From the IMG/VR virus record IMGVR_UViG_3300044568_003939: a stretch of DNA of 64,000 bases; one strand, given 5' to 3'. The notes below the pieces were generated by a model. The model was given only the letters and a program-made list of their open reading frames with translations. It ran no database searches and had not been told where the DNA came from. Positions 48,152-57,332 of this stretch are shown here, one piece after another. A program made the position numbers and the translations under genes. Source of the DNA: a virus. The stretch's first letter is position 1. Every line of letters begins with the position of its first letter.

Positions 48152-48435
48152 CCGACTACATTCTAAAATTCGCATCAAAAGCAATAGCCGAGCAGTTCGG
48201 CATCGCCAATGGGTTTGCTGCGCCTGATGATAACGGCGAGGTGCAATCCAATCTTGCGTCACACGAACACGCGCTGTGCGTTGTGGGCGAGTTTGCCGGA
48301 GAGTGGTGGGTGCTATTCCGTGATCTTGTCGGAATCCCGATTCCGGTAGGCGGCGAGCAGTTCGTCCACTGGTCAAGCGCATCGGGCGATCCCCGCCCAG
48401 TTGACGAGTCCGTCCCGAATATCTGGTGGGCATAA
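48148..48435 (+). CDS. Fibre partner/chaperone, paralogue of 45713
   Basis: MTDYILKF...ALCVVGE...WVLFRDL...VPNIWWA. Confidence 0.7.
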   Translation: MTDYILKFASKAIAEQFGIANGFAAPDDNGEVQSNLASHEHALCVVGEFAGEWWVLFRDLVGIPIPVGGEQFVHWSSASGDPRPVDESVPNIWWA

Positions 48436-48451
48436 GTTATAAATACAGTAT

Positions 48452-49198
48452 ATGGCGCGCCCTACTACACGACAAGGATTGGTTGACTATTGCCTACGAG
48501 CATTGGGCGCTCCTGTGCTTGAAATAAACATTGATGACGATCAGATTGAAGACCGACTTGATGAGGCTATTCAATTCTATCAAGAATACCATAATGATGG
48601 TGTGACAAGAGTATTCTATAAACATGTCATTACTCAGACCGACTTTGACAACAGCTATTTTACTCTCCCAGACAGTTTGATTTGCGTGCTACGCGTAATG
48701 AATATCAACCGCGGCGATGCAAGTGATATGTTTAGTGTCAAGTATCAGATGTATCTTAATGACCTGTATGGTCTTCGTCGCCCTGAGAGTATTATTAGTT
48801 ATCAGATGACTAAAGAATATATGGGTTTGCTTGAAATGATTCTTACTGGTTCTAGTCAGCAAATTACTTTTGCACGCCACATGAATCGCTTAAGCATTGA
48901 TGATGACTGGAAGACTACTCTAAAAGTTGGGCAATATATTGTGGTTGAAGCATATCAAACAATTGATCCCAATGCATTTGGCGATGTATACAATGACATG
49001 GTACTTAAGCGTTATGCTACTGCTCTGTTAAAAAAGCAATGGGCTTCGAATATGTTGAAATTCGAAGGTATGCAACTGCCAGGCGGAGTTACACTAAACG
49101 GCCGAGCATTATTTGATGATGCAACGGCTGAAATCCAAAAGATTGAAGAAGACTTTGAGTCTCGTTATCAATTCCCGCCTGACTTTTATTGCGGCTAG
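48452..49198 (+). CDS. gp13: Neck protein
   Basis: DYCLRALGAPVLEINIDDDQIEDR, KKQW..N..KF.GMQLPGGVTLNG; TATAAATA at 48438-48445. Confidence 0.95.
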   Translation: MARPTTRQGLVDYCLRALGAPVLEINIDDDQIEDRLDEAIQFYQEYHNDGVTRVFYKHVITQTDFDNSYFTLPDSLICVLRVMNINRGDASDMFSVKYQMYLNDLYGLRRPESIISYQMTKEYMGLLEMILTGSSQQITFARHMNRLSIDDDWKTTLKVGQYIVVEAYQTIDPNAFGDVYNDMVLKRYATALLKKQWASNMLKFEGMQLPGGVTLNGRALFDDATAEIQKIEEDFESRYQFPPDFYCG

Positions 49199-49235
49199 TA
49201 GAATTCTTTGTCGGTTAAGTTTATAAATAACTCCA

Positions 49236-50153
49236 ATGGCACGCAATGTATATTTTTCCCATGGTACTCGTAGCGAAAAAAGCCTTTATGAAGATTTAAT
49301 AATTGAAGCAATGTCCATTTACGGACATGATGTCTACTATATACCACGCAAGGTGGTGCAATTGGATACCATTTTAAATGAAGACATGCTTTCGCGTTTT
49401 GAGAGTGCATTTAAAATTGAAATGTATGTTGAAAGCGTAGATGGCTTTGAAGGTGATGGTAAGCTAATGAATAAGTTTGGTTTTGAATTCCGAGACCAAG
49501 TTACTTTTGTTGTTGCTAATCGCCGTTGGAATCAGTTGATTGGCCGCTATGGTGTTACTGAAGGTGGTGCGCGCCCACGTGAAGGTGATCTTATCTATGT
49601 GCCATTGACAAAAGGCTTATTTGAGATTCGTTACGTTGAAGATAAAAAACCATTCTATCAAGCTGGTCAAGTTCCCACATTCAAATTGACATGTGAGAAT
49701 TTTGAATATAGCAATCAGGACATTGATACTGGAGTTGGTGAAGTTGATGCTATACAATACACTGCAGCCCAAGCGCAAAGCGTACGCACAACTAGTGTGG
49801 CTGGGCAAACATTTACAGCCGGAGAAACGCTAACTGTTAGTTTGTCTGGCACAAGCGTTACTGGAACGCTCGAATTTCTTGGTTATTATAAAGATAGCAA
49901 CGGTGTAGTGCGCACCAAACTTGGGGTACCTTCTTGGAATGACGCCGACTATCATATTATAGATGCAGGTGATACACTGACTAGCATTGATAACGGTTAT
50001 GTTGTTACAATTCAAGAAGTATATGCAATGAGCAGTACTGATGAAGATGCATTTGAAAACGACATCAATGCTCAAAACGATGTTTTTGAAACCAACGGTG
50101 CAGCGTACATCGACTTTAGCCAAATGAATCCATTTGGCGAACCAGATCAATAA
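49236..50153 (+). CDS. gp14: Neck protein
   Basis: LIIEAMSIYGHDVYYIPR, RPREGDLIYVP, PFYQ.G, NPFGE; TATAAATA at 49222-49229. Confidence 0.93.
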   Translation: MARNVYFSHGTRSEKSLYEDLIIEAMSIYGHDVYYIPRKVVQLDTILNEDMLSRFESAFKIEMYVESVDGFEGDGKLMNKFGFEFRDQVTFVVANRRWNQLIGRYGVTEGGARPREGDLIYVPLTKGLFEIRYVEDKKPFYQAGQVPTFKLTCENFEYSNQDIDTGVGEVDAIQYTAAQAQSVRTTSVAGQTFTAGETLTVSLSGTSVTGTLEFLGYYKDSNGVVRTKLGVPSWNDADYHIIDAGDTLTSIDNGYVVTIQEVYAMSSTDEDAFENDINAQNDVFETNGAAYIDFSQMNPFGEPDQ

Positions 50154-50158
50154 CACAT

Positions 50159-50926
50159 ATGTTGGACAATTCTTACTACTATCATGGAACCATAAAAAAG
50201 ATTGTGTCAGTATTTGGCACTCTTTTTAACAACATTCATACTGGCAAGTTGATTGCTGGTAAGCTAACTGCAGTTACTCGAGTTCCTATTGCATATGGGC
50301 CTAAAGAACATTGGCTTGCGCGTATTCGTCAAAACACCGTTGACCAAAAAGAAACTGAAATTGCTATAAAGGTTCCGCGCATGAGCTTTGAAATAACAAG
50401 TATAACATATGATAGCGCATCCAAATTGAATCGGCTTAATCAGGAAATTGTAAATACCAATACTGCAACAGGTAAAAAAAATTATTATTGGCAAACTGTA
50501 CCATACATAATTGGTATGCAGCTTAGTATATATGCACGCAATCAGGATGATGCATTGCAAATATTTGAGCAAATCATTCCAACATTTCCACCTGAATATA
50601 GCATAACTGTTATTGACTTGGCTGTGCCAGGAACAAATACCGTTGTTCCTATTACTTTAGTTGGAACAACGTTTAGTGATGATTATGAAGGAGACTATCA
50701 GACTAGTCGACGTACTCTAGTCTATACACTTGACTTTAACCTTAAAGTTCAATTTGCTGGTCAAACCAACACATCGAGTATTATCAAAAACATTGATGTA
50801 AACTTTCTTGATACAACTGCAGTCTCGCGCGGATTCCCACTAGACAAAGTTAATGTGAAGCTTGGCAATATGACAACCGACACACCTGACAATTATACTG
50901 TGGTTACTACATTTGGGTTTGAATAA
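50159..50926 (+). CDS. gp15: Tail terminator / sheath stabilizer
   Basis: FGTLFNNI, VPIAYGPK, PRMSFEI, DALQIFEQI.P.F, DDYEGD. Confidence 0.93.
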   Translation: MLDNSYYYHGTIKKIVSVFGTLFNNIHTGKLIAGKLTAVTRVPIAYGPKEHWLARIRQNTVDQKETEIAIKVPRMSFEITSITYDSASKLNRLNQEIVNTNTATGKKNYYWQTVPYIIGMQLSIYARNQDDALQIFEQIIPTFPPEYSITVIDLAVPGTNTVVPITLVGTTFSDDYEGDYQTSRRTLVYTLDFNLKVQFAGQTNTSSIIKNIDVNFLDTTAVSRGFPLDKVNVKLGNMTTDTPDNYTVVTTFGFE

Positions 50927-50934
50927 TTTATAGT

Positions 50935-51399
50935 ATGAGTCTCAAACAAACAAAAACACGACAAGACATACTTGATTCGCTACAAAACAATTTACCAGCG
51001 GTTGTTGCAGAGCCTGTGGTGCAAAGCATCAAAAGTATGTTGCCATCAGCGGATGATATTAGTGTTGATGTAGAGGAAGACTACAACTTTGCACGCGATC
51101 ATATTAAAAAGTTGATTGGAACAAGTGATGAAGCAATTGCAACAATGCATGCACTTGCGGCCGACGCTGAACACCCACGCGCATTTGAAGTGCTAGCTGC
51201 AATGATTAAGAGTGCTGCGGATATGAATAGTCAATTGCTAACATTGCAACGCGACCGTAAGAAACTTGTGATTGAACCTGCGACTCCAAAGAGTCTAACT
51301 GTTGGCTCCAATACCACAAACAACAGTATCTTTGTTGGAACAACCACTGAATTGCAGAAGTTCCTTAAAAGTCAAAGTGAAACAACAGTTGATGTTTGA
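50935..51399 (+). CDS. gp16: Terminase small subunit
   Basis: DYNFAR, EHPRAFEV, TNNSIFVGTTTELQKFL. Confidence 0.92.
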   Translation: MSLKQTKTRQDILDSLQNNLPAVVAEPVVQSIKSMLPSADDISVDVEEDYNFARDHIKKLIGTSDEAIATMHALAADAEHPRAFEVLAAMIKSAADMNSQLLTLQRDRKKLVIEPATPKSLTVGSNTTNNSIFVGTTTELQKFLKSQSETTVDV

Positions 51400-51469
51400 C
51401 CATCCCTTCGGGAACCTTTGGTCGAATGGATATATAATTAGATTGCCATTAGCGGTTTGATCTAAATCA

Positions 51470-51498
51470 ATTGTAACAGGGTTCTGCAAACTTGTAAA
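51470..51498 (-). promoter_or_regulatory. Sigma70-type promoter oriented antisense into gp16
   Basis: Minus strand TTTACA (51498-51493), 17 nt, TACAAT (51475-51470) with extended -10 TG and AT-rich upstream tract. Confidence 0.6.
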
Positions 51499-51546
51499 GG
51501 TAAAAATAAATAAATATGTCGAGTCATCCAAACGGCAATCCTTATG

Positions 51547-51554
51547 TATAAATA
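51547..51554 (+). promoter_or_regulatory. Late promoter of terL
   Basis: TATAAATA. Confidence 0.7.
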
Positions 51555-51612
51555 GATGTAAGAGTCAAAAGTTTAAAGATTGGCAATCTCTTGGAAAAGT
51601 ATTACAATAATT

Positions 51613-53166
51613 ATGAATTCTGGACTTAACTATAATGGCAACCCACACGTGAAGGGCGATGGTGTGCAGCAAAACTTTACCGCTCATGAGATAGTTGAAT
51701 ATCAGCGCTGCATGGCAGATGTTGGTTATTTTTGTGAGCAGTATGTAAAGGTTATTCACTTGGATCATGGGCTTGTTCCTTTTAAGCTGCGTGGTTATCA
51801 AGAAAATATGGTAAAACATTTTAGTGATAACCGTTTCAATATAGTATTAGCATGTCGTCAAAGTGGTAAAAGTATAACAAGTGTGGCATGGCTCCTTCAC
51901 TATGTCATCTTTAATCCTGACAAGACTATTGGTATACTTGCCAACAAAGGTGCAACTGCACGTGAGATGTTGAGCCGCCTTACACTAATGTTGGAGAACC
52001 TGCCATTCTTCCTGCAGCCTGGGTGTAAGGTATTGAACAAAGGTAGTATCAAGTTTAGCAACAACAGCCAAATTATTGCAGCGGCAACTAGCGGTAGTAG
52101 CATTCGAGGCTTGAGTATGAATTGTGTGACAGGTGATACCAAAATTTGCATATATGAAAATGATGCAATTTACTATGTTAAAATAGATGATTATATAAAT
52201 AAAAGTAAACTCATCGAGGAACATATGTATTATACGGTTTATAAAATCACTAATAAAATTAATGGCAAAATCTATGTAGGTTATCATTCTACGTGTAACA
52301 TAGATGATGGATATATGGGATCGGGTAAACTGATAAGAAGAGCTGTTGAGAAGTATGGGGTTGACCAATTTAATAAAGAAATCTTAGCTGTATACAATAC
52401 CAAAGAAGAAGCTGAGGCTGAAGAAAAAAGAATTGTTGATCGTGACTTTACTTTAAGAGAAGACACTTATAATCTATCAGTTGGAGGTAACGTTTGTGTA
52501 CTGCATGGTGAAAATAATGGATTTTACGGAAAGACGCATAGTAAAGAAACTCGTGAAAAATTAAGTAAACAAAAAACCGGACTGCCTACTGGAAATGGTT
52601 ATAAAATAGCACACACTGATGGAAGAATATTCCATACCGTAGAGGATGCAATAAATGAATTGGGTTATCTTAAAGATTGCAATGCCCACGCTGCGCGAGT
52701 AAAAGTAATTTATGAATGCGGCAATCCTAATGGTAATATACAGTATGAATTGCCTGGTATTCAATCCGCAGCCGAAGAATTTTATCATAAAAGAAACCAA
52801 ATGATAGAAGCTTTACCTGAAACGAGAAAATCTAATGGCCGGATTGTATCGCAAAAATTAAAAGGTATGCCAAAGCCAGATGGGTTTGGCGAAAAGATTA
52901 GCAAGGCATTGACTGGTATGAAAAAGAGCGCAGACCACGTTTCAAAAATAAATCATAATCCAGAAAAGATACGTAAGACTGCTGAAAAACACAGAGGTAT
53001 GAAACGTAGCGCAGAATCTAAAGATAAAATGTCACTTGCTAAAAAGGGAATGATTGCTAAGAATAAAGGTAAGAAATACTTCACCGATCCATCAGATGCA
53101 TCCAAAAGAGGATATTACTTTCCGCATGAAGCGCCAACTGGATGGGTTAACACAACTAAGAAATGA
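51613..53166 (+). CDS. gp17: Terminase large subunit N-extein + IntN + in-frame GIY-YIG endonuclease
   Basis: YNGNPHVK, YQ, Walker A RQSGKS, ...SIRGLSMN then intein block A CVTGDTKI; start reassigned to ATG 51613. Confidence 0.92.
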   Translation: MNSGLNYNGNPHVKGDGVQQNFTAHEIVEYQRCMADVGYFCEQYVKVIHLDHGLVPFKLRGYQENMVKHFSDNRFNIVLACRQSGKSITSVAWLLHYVIFNPDKTIGILANKGATAREMLSRLTLMLENLPFFLQPGCKVLNKGSIKFSNNSQIIAAATSGSSIRGLSMNCVTGDTKICIYENDAIYYVKIDDYINKSKLIEEHMYYTVYKITNKINGKIYVGYHSTCNIDDGYMGSGKLIRRAVEKYGVDQFNKEILAVYNTKEEAEAEEKRIVDRDFTLREDTYNLSVGGNVCVLHGENNGFYGKTHSKETREKLSKQKTGLPTGNGYKIAHTDGRIFHTVEDAINELGYLKDCNAHAARVKVIYECGNPNGNIQYELPGIQSAAEEFYHKRNQMIEALPETRKSNGRIVSQKLKGMPKPDGFGEKISKALTGMKKSADHVSKINHNPEKIRKTAEKHRGMKRSAESKDKMSLAKKGMIAKNKGKKYFTDPSDASKRGYYFPHEAPTGWVNTTKK

Positions 53167-53468
53167 TTGAGGTATTAACGCATAAAGGGTTTAAGCAATT
53201 TGATGGAATACTAAATAAGGGTGTTTCAGATAGTCTTCTATATATTACATGTACTGCTGATAAGAGTATCAAATGCACGCCTGATCATGAACTTTTAATG
53301 GATGATGGTGAAACATATATACCTGCAAGATTTTTACAAATTGGAGATGTACTTTACACAAATATCTGTATAGAAAGTATAAATGAAATTGCAAATGAAT
53401 CGGTTTATGATTTGCTAAATGTTAAAGATACTCATGCATATTATACAAATGGATTAATTAGTCATAAC
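52123..53468 (+). mobile_element. Atypically split intein (IntN <=34 aa, 52123-52224; IntC 102 aa, 53163-53468) interrupted by a homing endonuclease
   Basis: C1 CVTGDT; block B CTPDH; block F VYDL; block G YYTNGLISHN/C; inserted just before Walker B CIFLDE. Confidence 0.92.
52225..53166 (+). CDS. GIY-YIG homing endonuclease with NUMOD3 repeats (Seg-like)
   Basis: TVYKITNKINGKIYVG, YMGSG, FNKEIL, YNL..GG, FYGKTHSKETREKLS; own TATAAATA (52194-52201) and GAGGA (52216-52220). Confidence 0.9.
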   Translation: MYYTVYKITNKINGKIYVGYHSTCNIDDGYMGSGKLIRRAVEKYGVDQFNKEILAVYNTKEEAEAEEKRIVDRDFTLREDTYNLSVGGNVCVLHGENNGFYGKTHSKETREKLSKQKTGLPTGNGYKIAHTDGRIFHTVEDAINELGYLKDCNAHAARVKVIYECGNPNGNIQYELPGIQSAAEEFYHKRNQMIEALPETRKSNGRIVSQKLKGMPKPDGFGEKISKALTGMKKSADHVSKINHNPEKIRKTAEKHRGMKRSAESKDKMSLAKKGMIAKNKGKKYFTDPSDASKRGYYFPHEAPTGWVNTTKK

Positions 53469-54551
53469 TGTATTTTTCTTGACGAATTTGCGTTCGTGCA
53501 AAATGCAAATGAGTTTTATACAAGTACCTATCCTGTTATTTCATCTGGTAAAGATACCAAGGTGATCATCACAAGTACACCTAATGGCGTAGGCAATATG
53601 TTTTATCGCTTGTGGGAAGGCGCGGTACAAAAGACAAGCGAATTTAAACCATTCACAATCAAATGGAGCGATGTTCCTGGGCGGGATGAAGCATGGAAAC
53701 GTCAAACAATTGCTAACAGCAGCGAATTGCAGTTTGCCCAAGAATTTGAAGTTAACTTTATTGGCAGCAGCGCTACTCTAATTAGCAGTGAAGCACTACT
53801 AGGTCTAAAAGGCGTTGAGCCAAGCAAGCGCCAATATGGCATACGCTATTATGATGATCCGGTTGAAGGGCATGAGTATATCATGACGGTTGATGTTTGC
53901 AAAGGGAGAGGGCAGGACTATAGTACATTTACAGTTTTCGATGTTAGCACCATGCCATTCAAGACGGTGTGTACTTATCGTGATAATCTAATTAGTCCAC
54001 TGATATATCCAGAATTGATAGTGCGTGCCGCCAAGCAATATAACAATGCAATGGTGGTTATTGAAAATAATGATGCTGGACAAGTTGTTTGTAATGCTGT
54101 ATACTATGAATATGAATATGATAATATGTTTGTATCAAGTGCGGTCAAAAGCAACGGCATTGGCGTGGTAATGACAAAAAGAGTTAAACGAATTGGCTGT
54201 AGTAATCTTAAAGACTTGATTGAAAGCGGTAAGCTGGAAGTATGTGATATAGACACCATTTCAGAACTTAGCAGCTTTGAGCCAAAGGGCGACAGCTATG
54301 CGGCGCGTGGAAGTACGCACGATGACTTGGTAATGAATCTTGTAATGTTTTCATGGTTTGTTAGCACTGATGCATTTGGCGGTATAAGTAATGTTGATCT
54401 TAAGCAACTCTTGTATAGCGAAAAGATACGAGAGATGGACGAAGACGTTCCACTGTTTGGAATCATAAACAACTATGTGTCAGATGCTCCAGAAAGCTCT
54501 CAATACTATGAAGAAGCCCTAGAGCAAAACCGAGAATGGAGCGGCTTATAA
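53163..54551 (+). CDS. gp17: IntC + terminase large subunit C-extein (Walker B and nuclease)
   Basis: SHN/CIFLDEFAF, ITSTPNG, VDVCKGRGQDYS, HDDLVM. Confidence 0.93.
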   Translation: MIEVLTHKGFKQFDGILNKGVSDSLLYITCTADKSIKCTPDHELLMDDGETYIPARFLQIGDVLYTNICIESINEIANESVYDLLNVKDTHAYYTNGLISHNCIFLDEFAFVQNANEFYTSTYPVISSGKDTKVIITSTPNGVGNMFYRLWEGAVQKTSEFKPFTIKWSDVPGRDEAWKRQTIANSSELQFAQEFEVNFIGSSATLISSEALLGLKGVEPSKRQYGIRYYDDPVEGHEYIMTVDVCKGRGQDYSTFTVFDVSTMPFKTVCTYRDNLISPLIYPELIVRAAKQYNNAMVVIENNDAGQVVCNAVYYEYEYDNMFVSSAVKSNGIGVVMTKRVKRIGCSNLKDLIESGKLEVCDIDTISELSSFEPKGDSYAARGSTHDDLVMNLVMFSWFVSTDAFGGISNVDLKQLLYSEKIREMDEDVPLFGIINNYVSDAPESSQYYEEALEQNREWSGL

Positions 54552-54635
54552 AACAGTGTATTTTATAAATAGGATTATTGAAAGTCTTCTTATTATGACA
54601 ACTTATTATAACACAACAACTGAAAATAAAAAAAT

Positions 54636-56738
54636 ATGGCACTAACATCAGCCGGCGTCGAAATTAAAGAAATCGACCTAACAAACATCGTACCTTCACT
54701 TGCTACCAGCTTAGGTGGTTATGCAGGATCATTCAACTGGGGCCCTGCGGGTCAACTGGTTAACGTAAGCTCTGAAAAAGATCTTATTACACTATTTGGT
54801 GCGCCAAATAATACAAACACATTGCAAACAGCAAGCTTTTTCACAGCTGCCAGCTTTCTAAAATATGGCAACAGTCTTAAAGTTTCTCGTTCGGTTGAAA
54901 CAACCGATGTTAATGCAGCTTCACCATTTTTAACCACAGCAACTGGAGTAATTACTGTATTAAATTCGGCGCCTACTGCTGGAGGTACTCTTTATACCGT
55001 AGGCGACATTCTTACCATCACAGGTGGAACTACAGGAAATCTTGCAACTGTAACAGTCACAACTATTGGCGCTGGCGGGGCAGTCACTGGAGTATCACTT
55101 ATTTCAGGTGGTTCGGGTTATACCACTGGTGGTAGCAAACCTACAACTGTTGCATCTGGAACTGGAAGTGGTTGTACATTAAATATAACAACCATTGATG
55201 CTGGTTTTACTTATAGTGCATATAGCCCAGTGCTTATTAAAAACAAAGATGTGTTTGATGCTATTACAGGTACAAATACTCTTAAAAGTGCAATTGTTGC
55301 GCGCTATGCAGGATCATTGGGTAATACACTTAAAGTTGTGATTTGCCGCGCAAATGCATTGGCCGCGGGTGGAACTGGTATTACTGCACGTACTGATGCT
55401 AGCGTGTTTTCATATGTCCCAGGTACAAGTACATATGCTACAGCTGTTGCAACTGCAAATAGCACACCGAGCACATTAGCTACCAACTTGAGCAAAGTTG
55501 TTGATGAAATTCATGTTGCTGTTATTGATAGCGACGGTTCATTTACTGGTACGGCCGGCACAGTCCTTGAAAAATATGAAGGCCTTTCACTGTTCACCGA
55601 TGCAAAAACCGAAAACGGTGCAACCAATTATTATCGTGAGGTAATTAACCGTGCTTCAAATTACATCTATATCAATAAATTAAAAGACTCCCGTATTACA
55701 AGTGGTACTGCTGGCGTTGTTGAAGGTGAATTTGCAGTTACTGATGTTACAGCTTTAAGTGCAATTACAACTCCTCTTGGTGCTAAAGCAAGCACAGGTG
55801 GTGTAACCATTACATTAACTGGTGGTGCAAACGTTGCAATGACTCCTACTGGTATGTCTACTGCATACGACTTGTTTGCTGACTCACAAAGCGTTGACAT
55901 TGGTTTGCTGTTTGGTGAAGTTCACCAAACAACAGCTACTGCAGTTACTAATGATGCTAAACTTTCGGCTATTGTGAATGCTCGAAAAGATTGCGTTGGT
56001 TTCATAAGTGCTCCAATGTCCATCACTGGTCAATCTACTGATACTGGTCGCTTTGGCGAAATTACAACAAAGCTAGGTACAACTGGTTGCCCAGTTAGCA
56101 GTTACATAGTAATGGATTCTTCACCAGTTTACGTGTACAACAAGTATAATGACAATTATCTTTATATTCCTGCTTGCGGCCATGTTGCTGGCTTATGTGC
56201 AAATACTGACGCTGTTGCTGATGCATGGTTTAGCCCAGCTGGGTTTAACCGTGGTCAATTGCAAGATGTAGTTAAACTTGCATACAATCCAAATCAAGCT
56301 GACCGTGATGCTTTGTATACTCAAGGTGTTAATCCAATTAGCGCATTCCCAGGTCAAGGAGTTGTATTGTATGGAGATAAAACACGTTTGGCAAAACCAA
56401 GTGCATTTGATCGCATCAATGTTCGCCGCTTGTTCATTACACTTGAAAAGGCAATTGCTAACGCATCTAAATTTCAATTGTTTGAACAAAACGATGAATT
56501 TACACGTGCAGCATTTAAGAATATTGTTGAGCCATATCTGCGTGATGTTCAAGGTCGTCGTGGTATCACTGACTTCCGCGTTGTTTGTGATGCTACAAAC
56601 AACACTGGGCAAGTAATTGATAGCAATAGTTTTGTTGCTGACATTTATATCAAACCAACTCGTTCAATCAACTTCATTACTCTCAACTTTATTGCTACTC
56701 GCACAGGTGTTGAGTTTAAAACAATTGTTGGTGCCTAA
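54636..56738 (+). CDS. gp18: Tail sheath protein
   Basis: GVEIKEIDLT, FNWGP, WFSPAGFNRG, SAFDRINVRRLF; TATAAATA at 54564-54571. Confidence 0.97.
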   Translation: MALTSAGVEIKEIDLTNIVPSLATSLGGYAGSFNWGPAGQLVNVSSEKDLITLFGAPNNTNTLQTASFFTAASFLKYGNSLKVSRSVETTDVNAASPFLTTATGVITVLNSAPTAGGTLYTVGDILTITGGTTGNLATVTVTTIGAGGAVTGVSLISGGSGYTTGGSKPTTVASGTGSGCTLNITTIDAGFTYSAYSPVLIKNKDVFDAITGTNTLKSAIVARYAGSLGNTLKVVICRANALAAGGTGITARTDASVFSYVPGTSTYATAVATANSTPSTLATNLSKVVDEIHVAVIDSDGSFTGTAGTVLEKYEGLSLFTDAKTENGATNYYREVINRASNYIYINKLKDSRITSGTAGVVEGEFAVTDVTALSAITTPLGAKASTGGVTITLTGGANVAMTPTGMSTAYDLFADSQSVDIGLLFGEVHQTTATAVTNDAKLSAIVNARKDCVGFISAPMSITGQSTDTGRFGEITTKLGTTGCPVSSYIVMDSSPVYVYNKYNDNYLYIPACGHVAGLCANTDAVADAWFSPAGFNRGQLQDVVKLAYNPNQADRDALYTQGVNPISAFPGQGVVLYGDKTRLAKPSAFDRINVRRLFITLEKAIANASKFQLFEQNDEFTRAAFKNIVEPYLRDVQGRRGITDFRVVCDATNNTGQVIDSNSFVADIYIKPTRSINFITLNFIATRTGVEFKTIVGA

Positions 56739-56777
56739 TATAAATAAACTTATAACAATTTAACATAGAAAAATAAT

Positions 56778-57314
56778 ATGGCTGGAATCGAAGATTTTAA
56801 ATCAAAACTAACAGGCGGTGGAGCTCGTCCAAACTTGTTTAGAGTAGTATTAGCATGGCCTGGTGCATCTAGTCTTGATCAAGAAAAAGCAAGCTTCTTG
56901 ATTAAAGGTGCGGGATTGCCTGCAAGTACAATTGGTACTGTTGAAGTACCATTCCGCGGTCGCAAATTAAAAATTGCAGGTGACCGTACATTTGAAACAT
57001 GGACCATTACTGTTATCAATGATAACAATATGACCATTCGTACTGCATTTGAAAATTGGATGAATCTCATCAATGCTCATAGCGAAAATGTATCGGCCTA
57101 CAGCGGCGGAAATTCATTAGGCTACATGGCACAAATGCAAGTTCAACAACTCGACCGCAGTGAAAACGTATTGAAAGAATACACATTCATTGGCGCATAT
57201 CCAATCAACATAAGTCAAATTGAGCTTAGTTATGATACAACGGATGCCATTGAAGAGTTCACTGTCGAAATGAATTATCACTACTGGACTGATATTGTAA
57301 ATAACATTATCTAA
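56778..57314 (+). CDS. gp19: Tail tube protein
   Basis: GGGARPNLF, PFRGRKLKIAGDRTFETW, IEEFTV; TATAAATA at 56739-56746. Confidence 0.96.
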   Translation: MAGIEDFKSKLTGGGARPNLFRVVLAWPGASSLDQEKASFLIKGAGLPASTIGTVEVPFRGRKLKIAGDRTFETWTITVINDNNMTIRTAFENWMNLINAHSENVSAYSGGNSLGYMAQMQVQQLDRSENVLKEYTFIGAYPINISQIELSYDTTDAIEEFTVEMNYHYWTDIVNNII

Positions 57315-57332
57315 ACCATAAAGTGTTTACCT

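Noticed and set aside
51295-51531. 78-aa minus-strand ORF
   Set aside because: Starts upstream of the antisense promoter, overlaps gp16 and has no recognisable features
52123-53468. Group I intron in terL
   Set aside because: Boundaries are intein motifs (C1...HN/C) and there is no non-coding space for a ribozyme core
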